Source: Octopus vulgaris (Eukaryota). Taken from it: a DNA stretch of 64,000 bases. Positions 13,631 through 27,291 of this stretch are shown here, piece by piece (the first letter of the stretch is position 1; each line of letters opens with the position of its first letter). Below the pieces are notes generated by a model. It ran no database searches. It was not told the origin of the DNA and worked only from the letters and a program-made list of their open reading frames with translations. The translations under genes were made by a program, and so were the position numbers. The stretch spans positions 14,074,001 to 14,138,000 of the forward strand of contig OX597843.1 of NCBI GenBank assembly GCA_951406725.2. Direction: 5' to 3'.

Positions 13631-14859
13631 GTAAGTACATGCTTTCACTTACACTCAGCTTCTACTCACACTCATGCACACACTCATTCATATTTGTGCT
13701 CACAAAAGCTTTTTAACTCACACTCACATGTGCTTTCACTTACACAGTCTCTCCCTAGCACTCATGCGTGCTCTAACTCACTCACACTCAACACACGCTC
13801 ACTCACACTCAACACATGCTCACTCACACTCAACACACGCTAAACCCGTTCTCACTTGCATTCACTCAAACATGCTATACATGCTCTCACTTGCTCTCAA
13901 CACAATCTCTCACTCACGTTCACTATATACCCTCTCACTCACACTCAACACACATGCCATCACTCTCGTTCACTACACTTACTTTCACTCACACTCATGC
14001 ACGCTACACATGATCTCCCTTGCACTCATGCATGCTCACTCACACTCACACATGCTCTAAGTCTTACACTCATACAGATGAGTTGGGGGTGTGTATCTCA
14101 ACAGTAATGCATGACTGGGATAAGTTTGATCATTGGCCAACTGGATCAGGACTGACCTGGGGTTAAACAACTGGCTATTTAGTTATCAGTCCCAGAGGGG
14201 TCAAAGGCAAAGGGGACCTTACCAGGATATGATGTCTGGCATTTAGTCTAACCTCAACCACCACCATAATAATAATAAAGGCACAAAGCCCGAAATTTTA
14301 GAGGGAAGTAAGTCAGTTACATTGACCCTAGTACGCAACTGGTATTTCATTTATCAACCCCGAAAGGATGAAAGGGAAAGTTGACCTCGGTATAATAATA
14401 ATAATCCTATCTACTATAGACACAAGGCCTGAAATTTGGGGGAAGGGGATAGCTGATTAGATCGACCCAGTACATAACTGGTACTTAATTTATCGACCCC
14501 AGAAAAGATGAAAAGCAAAGTCGACCTCGGCAGAATTTGAACTCAAATCGTAAAGATGAACAAAATGCCGCTAAGTATTTTGCCTGATGTGCTAACAATG
14601 CTGTCAGCTTGCCACCTTAGTAATAAGGATAAAGAGGAGGATTATAATAATAATAATCGTTTTTACCATAGGCACAAGGCCTGAAATTTGGGGGGAGGGG
14701 ATGATTAATTACATCGACCCCCAGTACTTAACTGGTTCCTAATTTATCGACCCCGAAAGGGTGAAAGGCAGAATTTGAACTCAGAACATAATGACGGGTG
14801 AAATACAATAATAATAAGAAGAAGAATGATGATAATAATAATAATCCTTTTTACCATAG

Positions 14860-15188
14860 TTAGTTAGTTAATTATTTGGCTCAAAAAGCAAAAAGCAAGG
14901 CCATGTAGGGGGACAGGGAGTTATGTACAGGGTGGTGTTCATGCAAAGAGTTCAGGCCACTTGTGGTCAAGGGAGACTTTGAACCGAGTGGTCATCTGCA
15001 TCTTCACTATCTCGTCTGGCAGCTTATTCCACGGATCCGCAACCCGGACAGAGAAAGCCCCTCTCCTTCGATTGAGATGAAATCGTCGCAGATAGAGCTT
15101 TTCGGAGTGACCCCGCAGCCGACGCTCTGGAGCAGGAGTGAAGAACAGCTCTTTTGCAAGGTTACACCCTCTGCTTATGATGTTGTGA
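14860..15188 (-). mobile_element. 5'-truncated CR1-clade LINE fragment
   Basis: ORF2 C-terminus LRGHSEKL...RRGAFSVRVADPWNKLP, (TAAC)n tail, 6-bp TSD CCATAG inside a SINE. Confidence 0.85.
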
Positions 15189-15440
15189 CATGATGTAAAA
15201 GACACTTGCCCATAGGCACAAGGCCTTAAATTTGGTGGGAGGGGATGATTAATTACATCGACCCCCAGTACTTAACTGGTTCTTTATTTATTGACCCCGA
15301 AAGGGTGAAAGGCAGAATTTGAATTCAGAACATAGTGACGGGTGAAATACAATAATAAGAAGAAGAAGAAAAATAATGATAATAATAATAATAATCTTGT
15401 TAAATTGCTTCTCCTTTCTGATTTCTTTGTTGTTTTCCAG

Positions 15441-15516
15441 TTTGAAACAGTTCTATCACCAAAGTGGGACCCTGCAGTATTTCAAGAACTTGGTTCAAGT
15501 CCCTCTTCTACCAGAT
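15441..15516 (+). CDS. HIP1: HIP1 exon E: HLKQFYHQSGTLQYFKNLVQVPLLPD
   Basis: ttttccag / gtaagt, 76 nt, phase 2-0. Matches LQYFKRLIQIPQLPE. Confidence 0.96.
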
Positions 15517-18236
15517 GTAAGTATCTCAATCTTTATTTTTTGTCTTCTATTTGTTTCAATCATTGGGCTGTGGCCATGCTGGGGCACTACCTTCAACAGT
15601 TTTAGTCATACAAATTCAGCCCTGTGCTCCTTCCTGGATTTTCAAATCTGGTAATTATTTCGTTGCTATCTTTTTTGTCAGAGCGTTTAAGTTATAGGGA
15701 TGTAAACAAACAAACATTGGCTTTCACATGGTGGGCAGCCAAACAGATACACACATATATACTCTCTTTACTCTTATTTGTTTGTCATTTGACTGTGGCC
15801 ATACTGGAGCACTGCCTTTAGTCGATCAAATCGACCCTGGGCTTATTCTTTGTAAGCCTGGTACTTATTTTATCGGTCTCTTTTTTGCCGAGCCGCTAAG
15901 TTATGAGGCCGTAAACACACCAGCATCGGTTGTCAAGTGATGTTGGGGGGGACAAACACACACGCAAACACGCACATACATATATATATGTTGGCCTGCT
16001 CGCTTAGCCAGCGGGGTGGCGTCATTTGGAGGCTAAAACAATACGAAGCGCATTGTGACCAGCGATGTGTAACAACATCTGATAGCCTAGTCGGTCACAT
16101 GATCATATACATATATATACAATGGGCTTCTTTCAGTTTCTGTCTACCAAATCCACTCACAGGGCTTTGGTCGGCCTGAGGCTATAGTAAAAGACACTTG
16201 CCCAAGGTGCCACGCAGTGGGACTGAACCCAGAACCATGTGGTTCGTAAGCAAGCTACTTACCACACAGCCACTCCTATGCCTATATATATATAATTAGA
16301 AAATGGAGAAAACCACAGATCAACAGATACATTGATTGGACTACATTTATAGCATCACATAACAAAATAGGTGACGTAGCATATCTTCTGGCTGTTACTG
16401 ATCGGTTACCAGAATATTGTCTATAAATAAGCATGCGAATAAAGTTCTTCATCTTCATCGGGCATTGGAATTAAGGCAATGGATCTTCATCAGAGTGAAA
16501 AGCAAAAGCATACAATATAAATAAAAGGAAGATGGGAAAGGAAACTTGGCTTAGACAAATAGTCTAAAAGCCCAATATGTTAAGAGCAAATAATTTACCA
16601 TGAGGGGCTACAGGGTCCATATGTAAAAGAGTGAGCTAGTAATGGTCTAGGGACCATTATTAATGGGTAGCTTTAATTTGAAGGGTCGAAGAGGGTCAGG
16701 CTGTTTAAAAAAGAAGTTATCAAGGAACTCTATATAAGGGAAATACTAAGATGGTTATCAAAGGGCAGAACCTCTGCTGATGGAGTAAACTCAAGTACAA
16801 GTAAACAATTATTGTAGGGTGCTAAAGAGAAATCTATTCACAGATCTTAATACCGAGAGACCCACCTATGGTCCACAATGGGGCAAGTCTAAGTCCAGAG
16901 GTCTTTACAATTGGTCAGTTACAATTTGAACCGAGGTCACTAGTTAAGACCATTACAAAGGATTTGTTTATACATAAACAAGAAAAAGGAAAAAAGATAT
17001 GGAGGAGAATTCGATGAAAAGATAACATATTGAATCGCTGGAAGGTATATCAGCCGAAACGTTGTCTAAACAACAAACAAGATGAGGACAAATATCCATC
17101 AAATGTAAATAAAGTAAATAGTGTTTGTTCCAACTCATTACATTTTGAGATCAAATACCACTGAGGTCAATTTTTCCTTTCATCCCTTCAGGTACCAGTT
17201 GAGCAGAGTGGTCAATGGGTCAATGTAATTGACTAGTTCCCTTGCCCCTAAATTTCGGACCTTGTCCCTAAAGTAGAATTATTATTATTAAGGTGGTGCG
17301 CTGGCAGAATCGTTAGCATGTCGGACAAAATGCTTAATGGCATTTCATTTGTCTCTACATTCCGAGTTCAAATCCTGCCAAAGTCGGCCTTGCTTGTCAT
17401 CCTTTTGGGGTCGATAAAATAAAGTACCAGTCACAAATCAAAATCAAATCAAATCAAACCAAATAAAAATAGATGAACATCAATGAAATTGTGGGTGGCA
17501 CATAAGAAAACCATCCGAACGTGACCGTAGCCAGTACCGCATCGACTGGCCTCCGTGCTGTGGGCACGTAACAAACAACATCCGAGCGTGGCTGTTCGCC
17601 AGCCTCGTCTGGCACCTGTGTCGGTGGCACATACGAAAACACCATCTGAGCGTGGCCGTCTGCCAGCCTCGTCTGGCACCTGTGTCGGTGGCACATAAAA
17701 ACACCATCCGAGCGTGGCCGTTTGCCAACCTCGTCTGGCACCTGTGTCGGTGGCACATAAAATCACCCACTACACTCTCGGAGTGGTTGGCGTTAGGAAG
17801 GGCATCCAGCTGTAGAAACACTGCCAGATCTGACTGGCCTGGTGCAGCCTTCGAGCTTGCCAGACCCCAGTTGAACCGTCCAACCCATGCTAGCATGGAA
17901 AGCGGACGTTAAACGATGATGATGATGATGATGATGATTATTAAAGGTTACAAGTTGGCAGAACCATGAGCATGTTGGGCGAAATGCTTAGCAGCATTTT
18001 GTCTGCTGTTACGTTCTGAGTTCAAATTCCACCGAGGTCAAATTTGCCTTTCATCCTTTCGGGGTCGATAAAATAAGTATTAGTTGAAAACTGGGATCAA
18101 TTTAATCAACTCATCCTCTCCCACCAAAAATTGCTACCCTTGTGGTAAAATTTGGAACCGTTATTATTATTATTATCATTATTACTATTATTATTATTAT
18201 CATTGTTATTATTATTGTTACTGTTATACTTTACAG

Positions 18237-18377
18237 GATCCCCCAAACTTCACTATTGCCTCCGACTTTAGCAAACATGTCAAGCCTGTTGCAGTTGTAC
18301 CCGAAGAGATGGAACCAGAAGCAGAGACTCCAGAATTCGATGGAATCGGTTTCCTAATAGATACCTCTTCACCTATT
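18237..18377 (+). CDS. HIP1: HIP1 exon F: DPPNFTIASDFSKHVKPVAVVPEEMEPEAETPEFDGIGFLIDTSSPI
   Basis: tttacag / gtaagt, 141 nt, phase 0-0. Matches NPPNFLRASALSEHISPVVVIP. Confidence 0.95.
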
Positions 18378-18383
18378 GTAAGT

Positions 18384-18423
<40 letters not shown>

Positions 18424-20685
18424 CAAATAAGAAAATGAATTTGTTCCTCCATTTTCTTATTTGTATTATGAATTTACAGTAAAAATATATTTTTTACCTT
18501 CACTCATTCAATACAATAATTGAATTAATTGCATTGCAATTATAAGCATTTATGTATTTAGTATTTGGGTACTTTACCAGCAGTATATTGGATTACTGAA
18601 ATACCATAGTGGGTTACATTCATAACCCCTATCTCACTTTGTACTATATATATATATGTTTATTGAGATTTTCTCTTTTGAATTTGAAAGGGACATCAGA
18701 TGAGGGGTACATCAGCTGCCCCAAATTGTGGTGGGGTTACATAAAAAAGATGGGAAGAAAGGGAAGGGGAGAGCTTGTATATATATAGTATTTAATGTAT
18801 GTGATTCCATGCATAATGTTGTCCTCCCGATACAGGAGAATCCCTGCTTGGGCCAACCGAGGGATCCCACTGATCCACGATCACTCTAACCTCCCACGGC
18901 ACAAGCCCTTGCCCAGCTGTTGTTCTCTGATCTATAGATGCATGCTTACCGTAGGTCCACTTACCAGCATCATTATCATCATCATCATCATCAATTAACA
19001 TCTGTTCTCCATGATGGCATGGGTTGGATGGTTTGACAAGGAGCTGGCCAGCCAGGGAGCTATCCACACTCCAACTGTCTGTTGTGGCATGGTTTCTATG
19101 GCTGAATACCCTTCTTATTGCCAGCCACGTTCCATGGCACCAACACAAAAAGTGGCCAGTAAATCACCCCTGTGAATCGAACTCTGTTCCTCTCAGTTTC
19201 CAGCTGAGTGCTCTGAATCATTGAGCTTCAGGTAGAGCACTTTCTTCTCCATTCTCACTTTCTATTCCAAGTGGAACTCAAAGAAGTTGATAAGGGCTTC
19301 ATTGAAGGGGACAATGTCTTTCCTCTATTCCTTCAGTCTCGTCAACCAACAATTTTAAAGGGAGCAGCTTAGTTGGTACCATAAACCCTGGTACCTGATT
19401 GCTAATTTAGTCTCTTGAAAGGCAAAGCTGACCTCAGCTAATAATCATAATTAGTAGCTCCAATTCTCTGTAGGTACTGGATTTGTTGAGTTTATCTGCT
19501 GGTGTTTTGTAATTAGCACCTGTGCAGGTGGCACATAAAAAGAACTTTTGAGCATTGGGCCTCACAGAGGCAACGTGGCCGATGCTGGTGTCGCATAACT
19601 AGCACCCATGCCAGACGTTGGGCCTCACGGATGCTGGTGTTGCATAACCAGCATCTGTGCCAGTGGCACATAAAAAGCACTTTACAAGTGTTGGGCCTCA
19701 CAGAGGCAATGGCAAATGGCAATGTGCTGTGCTTGAGAAGACCCATCAAGCCTCGTGGAATCATAGCCGGGGCAGATATTGGTGCTGTGCAACTGGCATC
19801 CATTCTGGTGGCATGTAAAAGCACCCATTACACTCTTGGAGTGATTGGCGTTAGGAAGGGCATCCAGTCAGAGAAACTATTCCAAATCAGACTGGAGTCT
19901 GGTGCATCCCCTCAACTTACAAGCCCTGGTCAAACTGTCCAACCCAAGCCAGCATGGACAACGGACATTAAACGATGATGATGAAGTTGGTTGCTTGTTT
20001 CTCTTGGATTCTTCAAATTAACGTAGACGCCTCTGATGAGAATTCAGTAAGATTCAAAAATTGATTCAGAAAACAGGATTTGGAAGCTGGCATTCAATTA
20101 GAATTGAAAACTGAACAAAGCAGAAAGATCCTTCATTTAACAAACAGACATTGGGTTTTTTCATTTGCTTGGCACTTCACCTGTTTTCATGTTTTGATGG
20201 AAAATCTTGTCTCTTGATGAGATCTGGTTGAGATCTAGGTGCAACTTGTCTAAATTAAACGAAGCCGAAACATCAGAGCAACAATCTTTTCTACTTATTG
20301 GCACAAGGCCTGAAATTGTGAGGGGAGGGAGCTTTTCAATTCCATCAACCCCAACGCTCCAAAAAGAGGAAGTTCTAAGTCAGTCTTGACAGAATTGGTT
20401 ATCAGAATGTAAAGAGCCAGAAGAAATATCCTCGGAGTCTTTTGTCCGGCGCTTTGACAATTCTGCCAGCTTTTCACCTTAACGATAATAATTATGAAAG
20501 TGATTTCAAATTTTGGTGTAAGGCCAGCAATTTTGGGGAGGGGTTAAGTTGATTTCGTTGACCCCAGCACTTGACTGGCATTTATTTTATTGACCCTGAA
20601 AAGATTCAAGGCAAAGCCAACCCTTGGTGGGATTTGAACTCCTTAATTATAAAATGTAGCCAAGCATTTTGTCCAGCTCCCTACC

Positions 20686-20909
20686 TTTACTCTTTTACTT
20701 GTTTCAGTCATTTGACTGCGGCCATGCTGGAGCACCGCCTTTAGTTGAGCAACTCGACCCCGGGACTTATTCTTTGTAAGCCTAGTACTTATTCTATCGG
20801 TCTATTTTGCCGAACCGCTAAGTGACGGGGACGTAAACACACCAGCATCGGTTGTCAAGCAATGCTAGGGGGACAAACACAGACACACAAACATACACGC
20901 ACACACATA

Positions 20910-20954
<45 letters not shown>

Positions 20955-21141
20955 CACACACACACACACACATATATATGACGGTCTTCTTTCAGTTTCT
21001 GTCTACCAAATCCACTCACAAGGCTTTGTTCGGCCCGAGGCTATAGTAGAAGACATTTTCCCAAGGTGCCACGCAGTGGGACTGAACCGGTAACCATGTG
21101 GTTGGTAAACAAGCTACTTACCACACAGCCACTCCTGCACC
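20686..21141 (-). mobile_element. tRNA-derived SINE with CORE-like segment and internal (TA)/(CA) microsatellite
   Basis: Same family as 61201-61587. Further copies at about 15765-16283, 23515-23850, 28185-28601 and 39108-39507 (all minus). Confidence 0.85.
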
Positions 21142-21444
21142 TATGATGATGATAATGATATTTTTTCCCTCCCAAAAAGCGATGAGTAAGAGCACATTAC
21201 CTGGGCAAAATAGGGGTGGAGGTGATGGGTTTAAACAAAGAGTGGAAAACAGGTGAAAAGCCAAAATGCCGATAAATGGTCCCACTGACCCCAGATTTCT
21301 CTCTTTATAAACGGCAACAAATCTCTCTCTCTGTCCCTTTCCCCCCTTTTTCCTTCTCTTTCTCTCCCCTTGCCTCCTACTCCTCCTCCTCCTCCAGTAA
21401 TTACAGAAGCAATTAGTTTAATGATCTTTTCTTTCGTTTTCCAG

Positions 21445-21530
21445 CAAGAAACAGACAAATTTGATGAAACTTTTGGTGAAGGTAGTATGGATAGTTTTAA
21501 TTTCAATGGACAACCACAGATTGATGAAAG
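21445..21530 (+). CDS. HIP1: HIP1 exon G: QETDKFDETFGEGSMDSFNFNGQPQIDE(R)
   Basis: ttttccag / gtatgt, 86 nt, phase 0-2. Matches KFDDIFG...DPFNFN. Confidence 0.93.
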
Positions 21531-21608
21531 GTATGTACGTGCAGTTGTGTGTATTTTTTATTTGTTGCTTAACAAGGCAACCAATGGTTTCACGTGAAGA
21601 ACTCTTCA

Positions 21609-22007
21609 CGATCTTTTCAATTTGAACGGCAGTTTTTTCTAGCGGTGTTATATGAAATTGTCACCCATAATTATGACCCTAGTATCAATCCATTGCATTT
21701 CAATATGTTTTAGGGGTGAGGGTGGGGGGAAAGATATCTTTTTTCTTCAGAAATGTAAATAAACCAAATCTGTTTCTTAAACAAGGGACATACTCATACG
21801 GCACAGAATGTTTTCACCTCAATAGACATCATTGATTAGTTGAAATTGCAGAAAAAACAACAAATATCTTACAAACAATAGAATTTTCTCAATTAAGCCA
21901 AGAGAAAAAGATGTTTTATAAAGACATTCTACTAGTATACGAAGTTTAAAAGTGTTTAGTTACATGGAAATTATTTTAAAAAACTGCCGTTCAAACCGAA
22001 AAGATTC
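21609..22007 (+). mobile_element. Merlin-like MITE
   Basis: Same TIR and body as 12971-13379; 8-bp TSD ACTCTTCA. Confidence 0.8.
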
Positions 22008-22217
22008 ACTCTTCACGATTGTTCAAGTGTGCCCCACATGAAAGTGATGGTACTCATTTCCATTTTGTATTCCTGTCCAAAATGGATACGAGTATGAACA
22101 TTTACACATGACACACTTGAACAGGCATCTCAAAAGTAAATAAATATCATCATTTTTGAAATATTTGTTTCTTGAAACCAAATAATTTTATTTAGTGGTT
22201 TTTTTAATACTTAATCT

Positions 22218-22590
22218 GGATGGAAGCACTCTGTTGGTTACAACAACAAGGGTTCCGGTTGATCCGATCAATGGAACAGCCTGCTCGTGAAATTAACGTG
22301 TAAGTGGCTGAGCACTCCACAGACACGTGTATCCTTAACGTAGTTCTCGGGGATATTCAGCATGACACAGAGAGTGACAAGGCCGGCCCTTGAAATACAG
22401 GTACAACAGAAACAGGAAGTAAGAGTGAGAGAAAGTTGTGGTGAAAGAGTACAGCAGGGATCACCACCATCCCCTGCCGGAGCCTCGTGGAGCTTTTAGG
22501 TGTTTTCGCTCAATAAACACTCACAACGCCCGGTCTGGGAATCAAAACCGCGAGTCTGCTGCCCTAACCACTGGGCCATTGCGCCTCCAC
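22218..22590 (-). mobile_element. tRNA-derived SINE (GTGGAGGCGCAATGGCCCAGTGG head)
   Basis: A box TGGCCCAGTGG, B-box-like GTTTTGATTCC, 12-bp TSD AATACTTAATCT. Confidence 0.85.
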
Positions 22591-23089
22591 AATACTTAAT
22601 CTCGGTGCCAGTAGACATGACACATGCAGTTTTTAATGATTTAACTATTTAGGATATTGTACAAATGAATAGTGTCTGAACCGAAGTGCGTCTGTTTATG
22701 TTTGAGAACATAATGTAATTTGAGGGTAGACTTGACTGCTGTTTCTGCCAAGTCTAGCTAACATGTAGAGGCCTCTCTCATTGGCTCATACATACATATA
22801 TACATAGATAAGACATTATGGTGTGATTTGAGGGAGATTTGGCTGCTATTTCTAGCAGTCTCCTTTGTTAGCTTTGTAATCCAGTTGATTTATTGGTGAG
22901 GTGGTGTGTAGGAGGGGGTTTGGAGGAAGAGTGGCAGGTGAGGGGCTGGAAGGGGTTGACTTGTTGACGTTAAGGTGATGGTTGTGGCAGGGGCGAGTGG
23001 GGAGTGAAGGTTCGAGGTGGGTGTTGGTGAAGGGCCATGTTCTGTTGTCATGGTTACAGAGATAAAAGTGAATTTGCTGTCTGTTGCAG

Positions 23090-23162
23090 GGATATGATAA
23101 TAGAGCAACTACACAAAGAAATTCAACAACTCCGGGAGGAAATCGAGAGGCTGCAAACAGAG
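23090..23162 (+). CDS. HIP1: HIP1 exon H (start of coiled coil): DMIIEQLHKEIQQLREEIERLQTE
   Basis: ctgttgcag / gtaagg, 73 nt, phase 2-0. Matches DHLIERLYREISGLKAQLE. Confidence 0.93.
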
Positions 23163-23169
23163 GTAAGGA

Positions 23170-23507
23170 CTCACACACACACTCACTCACACACATACAC
23201 ATACACTCACACTCACTCACACACACACTCACTCACACACTCACACATACACTCACTCACACATACACTCACACTCACTCACTCACTCACACATACTCAC
23301 TCACTCACATACACATACACTCACACACACTCACACACACTGACACTCACTCACACACATACACATACACTCACACACACTCACACATACACTCACTCAC
23401 TCACTCACACATACTCACTCACTCACACACATACACTCACTCACACTCACACTCTCACTCACTCACACACACACTCACACGCACTCATTCACACACTCAC
23501 ACACACT
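23170..23507. repeat. (CA)/(CACT) compound microsatellite directly after exon H donor
   Basis: Direct inspection. Confidence 0.9.
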
Positions 23508-23869
23508 TCTCTCTCATCTTTTAATTGTTTCAGTTGTTAGACTGTGGCCATGCTGGGGCTCTGCCTTGAAGAATTTTCAGTCAAATGAATTGACTCTAGT
23601 ACTTTGTATTTTTTAATTTAAGCCTGGTACTCATTCTATCTGTTTCTTTTGCTGAACTGCTAAGTTACAGGGACATAACCACACCAACACTGGTTGCTAA
23701 GTGGTGGTGGACAAATGTACACACACACACATATGTGATGGACCCCTTCAAGTTTCCGTCTACCAAATCCACTCAGAAGTCTTTGGTCAATCCGAATCAA
23801 TAGTAGAAGACATTTGCCCAAAGCACCACACGGTGGGACTGAACCCAGAACCATTAGATCCTCACCTAC

Positions 23870-24165
23870 AGGTGCACATTGCTTATGACGGCCCATCAAA
23901 AATGATGACAGTGTTGATCCAAGACATTCATCCTGTTCTTCGTTTAGCTCAAAGTTTCTCATGGCAGCAGAGGGGATGCGGCTGACAAGGCTGATCCGAG
24001 ACGGGCAGATCCTGCGGTGCTGAGGGCACTGAAAATGACCCCAAACAACAGCCATAAGGGGTTGGTGCAGTTCTTTGTGTCCAAAGATCACAAGGAAGAA
24101 TGGCAAGCCCTCAAGAGATTATATAAACAGCTCCTTGGATGCCAGGCTCTGTCTGATCCATTTGG
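23870..24165 (-). mobile_element. Decayed RTE/BovB-like LINE 3' end
   Basis: Peptide CPQHRRICPSRISLVSRI resembles the RTE C-terminal Cys motif C..C.R...SRIGL.SH. Confidence 0.5.
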
Positions 24166-24862
24166 AGCATCATCATCATCATCGTCGTTTAGCGTCCGTT
24201 TTCCATGCTCGCATGGGTTGGACGGTTCAACTGGGGTCTGGGAAGCCCGAAGGCTGCACCAGGTCAGTCTGATCTGGCAGAGTTTCTACTGCTGGATGCC
24301 CTTCCTAACACCAACCACTCCGTGAGTGTAGTGGGTGTTTTTTATGTGCCACCGACACAGTTGCCAGACGAGGCTGGCGAATGGCCACACTTGGATGGTG
24401 ATTTTTACGTGCCACCGGCACGGAGGCCAGGCGGGGGCATATACATTGATTTTGTGCAAATGAGGTGTGTGATCTACAGACGAACATAACTTGGTACTGT
24501 TTGGGCAAAGATCCCTGTTGACAGACCCATGATATTGAATGAAGTGTTAACACTTATGGTGTGCAAATTAGGAGCGCCAATTCTCTGTAGATGCAGGATT
24601 TGTGGTGTATACAAACAGATTGGTTTCCTGTTTCTCTGGGGTTGGTCAAATTGGTGTAGAATCCAAAAGGGTCTGAGAATTGACTCGGGTTGTTCATCGC
24701 TTTTTTCAATCTGTGAAGAAATAACTAAGCCCTATCTCTAATGGTACTATATAGTTTTTGCATACACACGAGTATGTATATTCCACAACTATACATGCAC
24801 ATACATACATGAATACACATTGGTGTATATATAGATATATATTGTTATATTTGTTGTTTTAG

Positions 24863-24955
24863 GCACAAATGAAAATTCAGCCCCTCCTGGAGGAGAAGGA
24901 GCAACTAAAAAAGATCCTAACAGAGTTACAGTTAACCCTTGATAATACTTTGAAG
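24863..24955 (+). CDS. HIP1: HIP1 exon I: AQMKIQPLLEEKEQLKKILTELQLTLDNTLK
   Basis: ttgttttag / gtaagg, 93 nt, phase 0-0, heptad pattern. Not present in the supplied ORF track. Confidence 0.85.
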
Positions 24956-27123
24956 GTAAGGACCCTGCCCTCTGATACACATTTTTCTCTACCTTGAGGG
25001 TTTGCTTAAGCATCCCATCACTACCATCTTCTTCCCAGATACTCCCGCCAACCCTTATATAATGTGGGTGACCAAGCATCTCCTCTATAGCAAGAAGCTT
25101 ACCTTTCCATTATGTTTTAGCCCTGACAGTACCTGGAATTTTCCCACTTCCTCAAATACTTCCCTCACTTAGTCGAGGGAACTTTTTGTTTTCCCTCTTC
25201 CTGCAAGTTATTTGGTGTCCTCACTAGTGCCACATAAAAAAGCACCAGGAACACACTGTAAAGGGGTTGGTGCAAGGCACAGCATCCAGCCGTAGAAACC
25301 ATGCCAAAGTGAATAATGGAGTACAATGCAGTCCTGGGAACCATCAGATTCTGTCAAACTATCCAAAGTTTTACAGAGATCATCATCACCATTTAATGTC
25401 TGTTTTCCATGCTATGTCTCAGGCACACCTATTGAAGTAGGGTGGAGCAGAAGGGTACAGGAAGAAGGGGTGAAGTTCAGCCATACAAAGTTTGTGTCAT
25501 TTGTGTTATGTTGTAAGGAAAAGTGAAGCCTAAGAAATTTTCATGGGACCCATTGACGTAGATTTACTGGCATCACTATAATATTAGTCCTGGGTTTGGC
25601 TAAACTATCCAGTAGTGAGGCCCTTGTTGAGAAGTGTGGAACAACCTCTTAGTTACTGTTGTTCCCAGGTCTGCTCTGACCTGGGGAAGCAGCTCCTGCC
25701 TGGATCCTGGTTAGGGACCAATGAGCATATTAGGGACTGTACAGTTGGGTCTGGCAGAATCTGCAGAAGAAGCCTTCATAGTTCCACAGAATGGCAGGCA
25801 GCTGCAGCAGTGCATGGTGTTATGCAAAGAGCAAGACAGGGCAAGTAAGAGATAAATCCCTGCCATCTTCAGCACCAAAACCACCAGATCACATGATTTC
25901 GACCTTCCTTGCTCTCGTCAGTGACAGGCACTCGACCTCTAGATGTAGCAGCAACTCCTCTCTCTGTCAGTGATATATATAAAAAATTGGTGCCAGCACC
26001 GGTGCTGGTGTTGCAAAGTCATTTAAACAAGCATGTATTTTTGTACCAAAGCTGATCTGAGAGGTTCTTTCGTGGTATCTACTGCTGTAAAAAGTGCGTT
26101 CTAGCAGAACATCCACGTTTAAGTGGAGATCAAGATTATCTGTACATAATGAAATGCCTTAACTGAAGAATGTCTTAGATAATGGCTGTATTTTCCTATT
26201 ATATATTATCCAAACCTGAAAAAATACATATTAAACGATTTCAAAATATCACAAACGGCTGGATGCTGTGCCTTACACCAACCCCTTTACAGTGTGTTCC
26301 TGGTGCTTTTTTATGTGGCACCAGCACTAGTGGGGTCACCAAATAACTTGCAGGAAGAGGGAAAACAAAAAGCTCCCTCGACTAAGTGAGCGTGGATTCC
26401 AGATAACGGTCTAAGGGAGACAATCCCTTGGGCTTGACCTTTTTGTGTGTTAGTTAGTTAATTTTTTGGCTCAAAAAGCAAAAAGCAAGGCCAAAACTAG
26501 CCATGGGGCCGTTTCTCTCTCCACTTTGAAGACAGGTTATAGGCTGTTGGCCATTAAGGTCTGATGAGACGTGTGTAAAGCCTAGAGCTTTATGGACACA
26601 AAACTGTGGGTAACCCTATGAAGCGGCCATAACTTTCTATCTGTCTGTCTCTCTCTCTATGTATTTCATCATCATCATCGTTTAACGTCTGTTTTCCATG
26701 CTAGCATGGGTTGGACGGTTCCACCAGGGTCTGGGAAGCCAGAAGGCTGCACCAGGCCCAGTCTGATCTGGCAATGTTTCTACGGCTTGATGCCCTTCCT
26801 AATGCCAACCACTCCATGAGTGTAGTGGGTGCTTTTTAATCAGTTATATATAAGTTCACACAGCAGGCTTCATTTGGTTTCCTTCTACCAAATCCACACA
26901 CAAGGCTTTGGTTGGCCTGGGGTTATAGAATAAGATACTTGGCCACAGTGCCATGCAGTGGGATTGAACCCAAGACTTTATGCTTGGAATGCAAGCTTCC
27001 TGACCACACAACCACCCCTGTGACTACCTCTGTGTCGTTTTTAACTTTCCCTTTATTTGTTTTTCTTTTAATCTTTTTTTTTGTGTTTTATTTTTTAATT
27101 CTGCTGCTATTGTCTCTCGTTAG

Positions 27124-27202
27124 GAAAACGAGCTAATCAAGAAAGAACTCGAGGAAATGAAGACGGTCTTACCAGTAGCAGATAAACTAAATGATTCTGA
27201 AA
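27124..27202 (+). CDS. HIP1: HIP1 exon J: ENELIKKELEEMKTVLPVADKLNDSE
   Basis: ctctcgttag / gtaagt, 79 nt, phase 0-1. Similar to DCEFLRAELDELR. Confidence 0.88.
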
Positions 27203-27291
27203 GTAAGTCCACCTTGGAATCTTGTTGTTGTCGTCCAAGTGAACTGAAATGATACATGAATGCATACAAAACAAACGCTAAGAAGAAATAT

